From the NCBI GenBank assembly GCA_051047955.1, contig JBPGPT010000005.1, forward strand, positions 682,001 to 730,574: 48,574 nucleotides of DNA. The letters run 5' to 3'. Below the pieces are notes generated by a model. It was given only the letters and a program-made list of their open reading frames with translations. It was not told the origin of the DNA and searched no databases. A program made the position numbers and the translations under genes. The stretch's first letter is position 1; every line of letters begins with the position of its first letter. This DNA comes from Cystobasidiomycetes sp. EMM_F5. Taxonomy: Eukaryota. Below, one piece after another: positions 48,318-48,574 of the stretch.

Positions 48318-48574
48318 TTCTTAAAGGTGGTGAAATGCTAAGGCGCGTAACGCAACCCGCATTTTGGCCTCCGGCAGCACGCATTGAAGAGATTCGCCGC
48401 ATGTGTCCGGCTGCCACAAGCGCCGAACATCTGTCTGACGCCTGACTGGATGCGCCTAGCAATGTTAGGCGGTCAATCAGCACCATCCATGTTCATCGGC
48501 TCAACAGTATGTTATGTGAATCGTATTTAACCGAGGAACGATGGTTACACAAGTGAAAACTGTCGTCGAGGGTC

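Overview
Eukaryotic DNA from a very compact, intron-rich fungal genome: most introns are 50-100 nt with GT(A/G)AGT/GTACGT-type donors, CTRAY branch points and YAG acceptors, and intergenic gaps are short. It looks like a basidiomycete, possibly a Mixia-like Pucciniomycotina (inference only). I reconstructed about 25 genes by hand. Recognisable genes: ISU1, an MGMT fusion, mitoribosomal bL34m, mL46 and bL12m, a Tcg1/Sbp1-like RRM protein, a PA-TM-RING E3, TRAPPC13, HID1, TMA7 (missing from the ORF track), SF3B2, one GT64 and two tandem GT32 glycosyltransferases, CDT2, a peroxisomal acyl-CoA dehydrogenase and ATG10. Several orphan genes are also present. The strongest finding is a complete bacterial-type amylosucrase (GH13_4; 36979-39577) split by 12 spliceosomal introns, one of them GC-AG. 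It keeps the catalytic and polymer-binding residues and sits behind three CreA/Mig1-type boxes, consistent with a domesticated horizontally acquired sucrose-to-alpha-glucan enzyme. Other highlights are the GT64 plus 2x GT32 glycosylation cluster, the MGMT fused to an uncharacterised bacterial-like 'DHCFARIILD' domain, a 3-nt microexon in ISU1, a tandem pair of small orphan paralogs and a 24% Met micro-protein. I saw no tRNA, rRNA, transposon or CRISPR feature. All exon boundaries are manual predictions.
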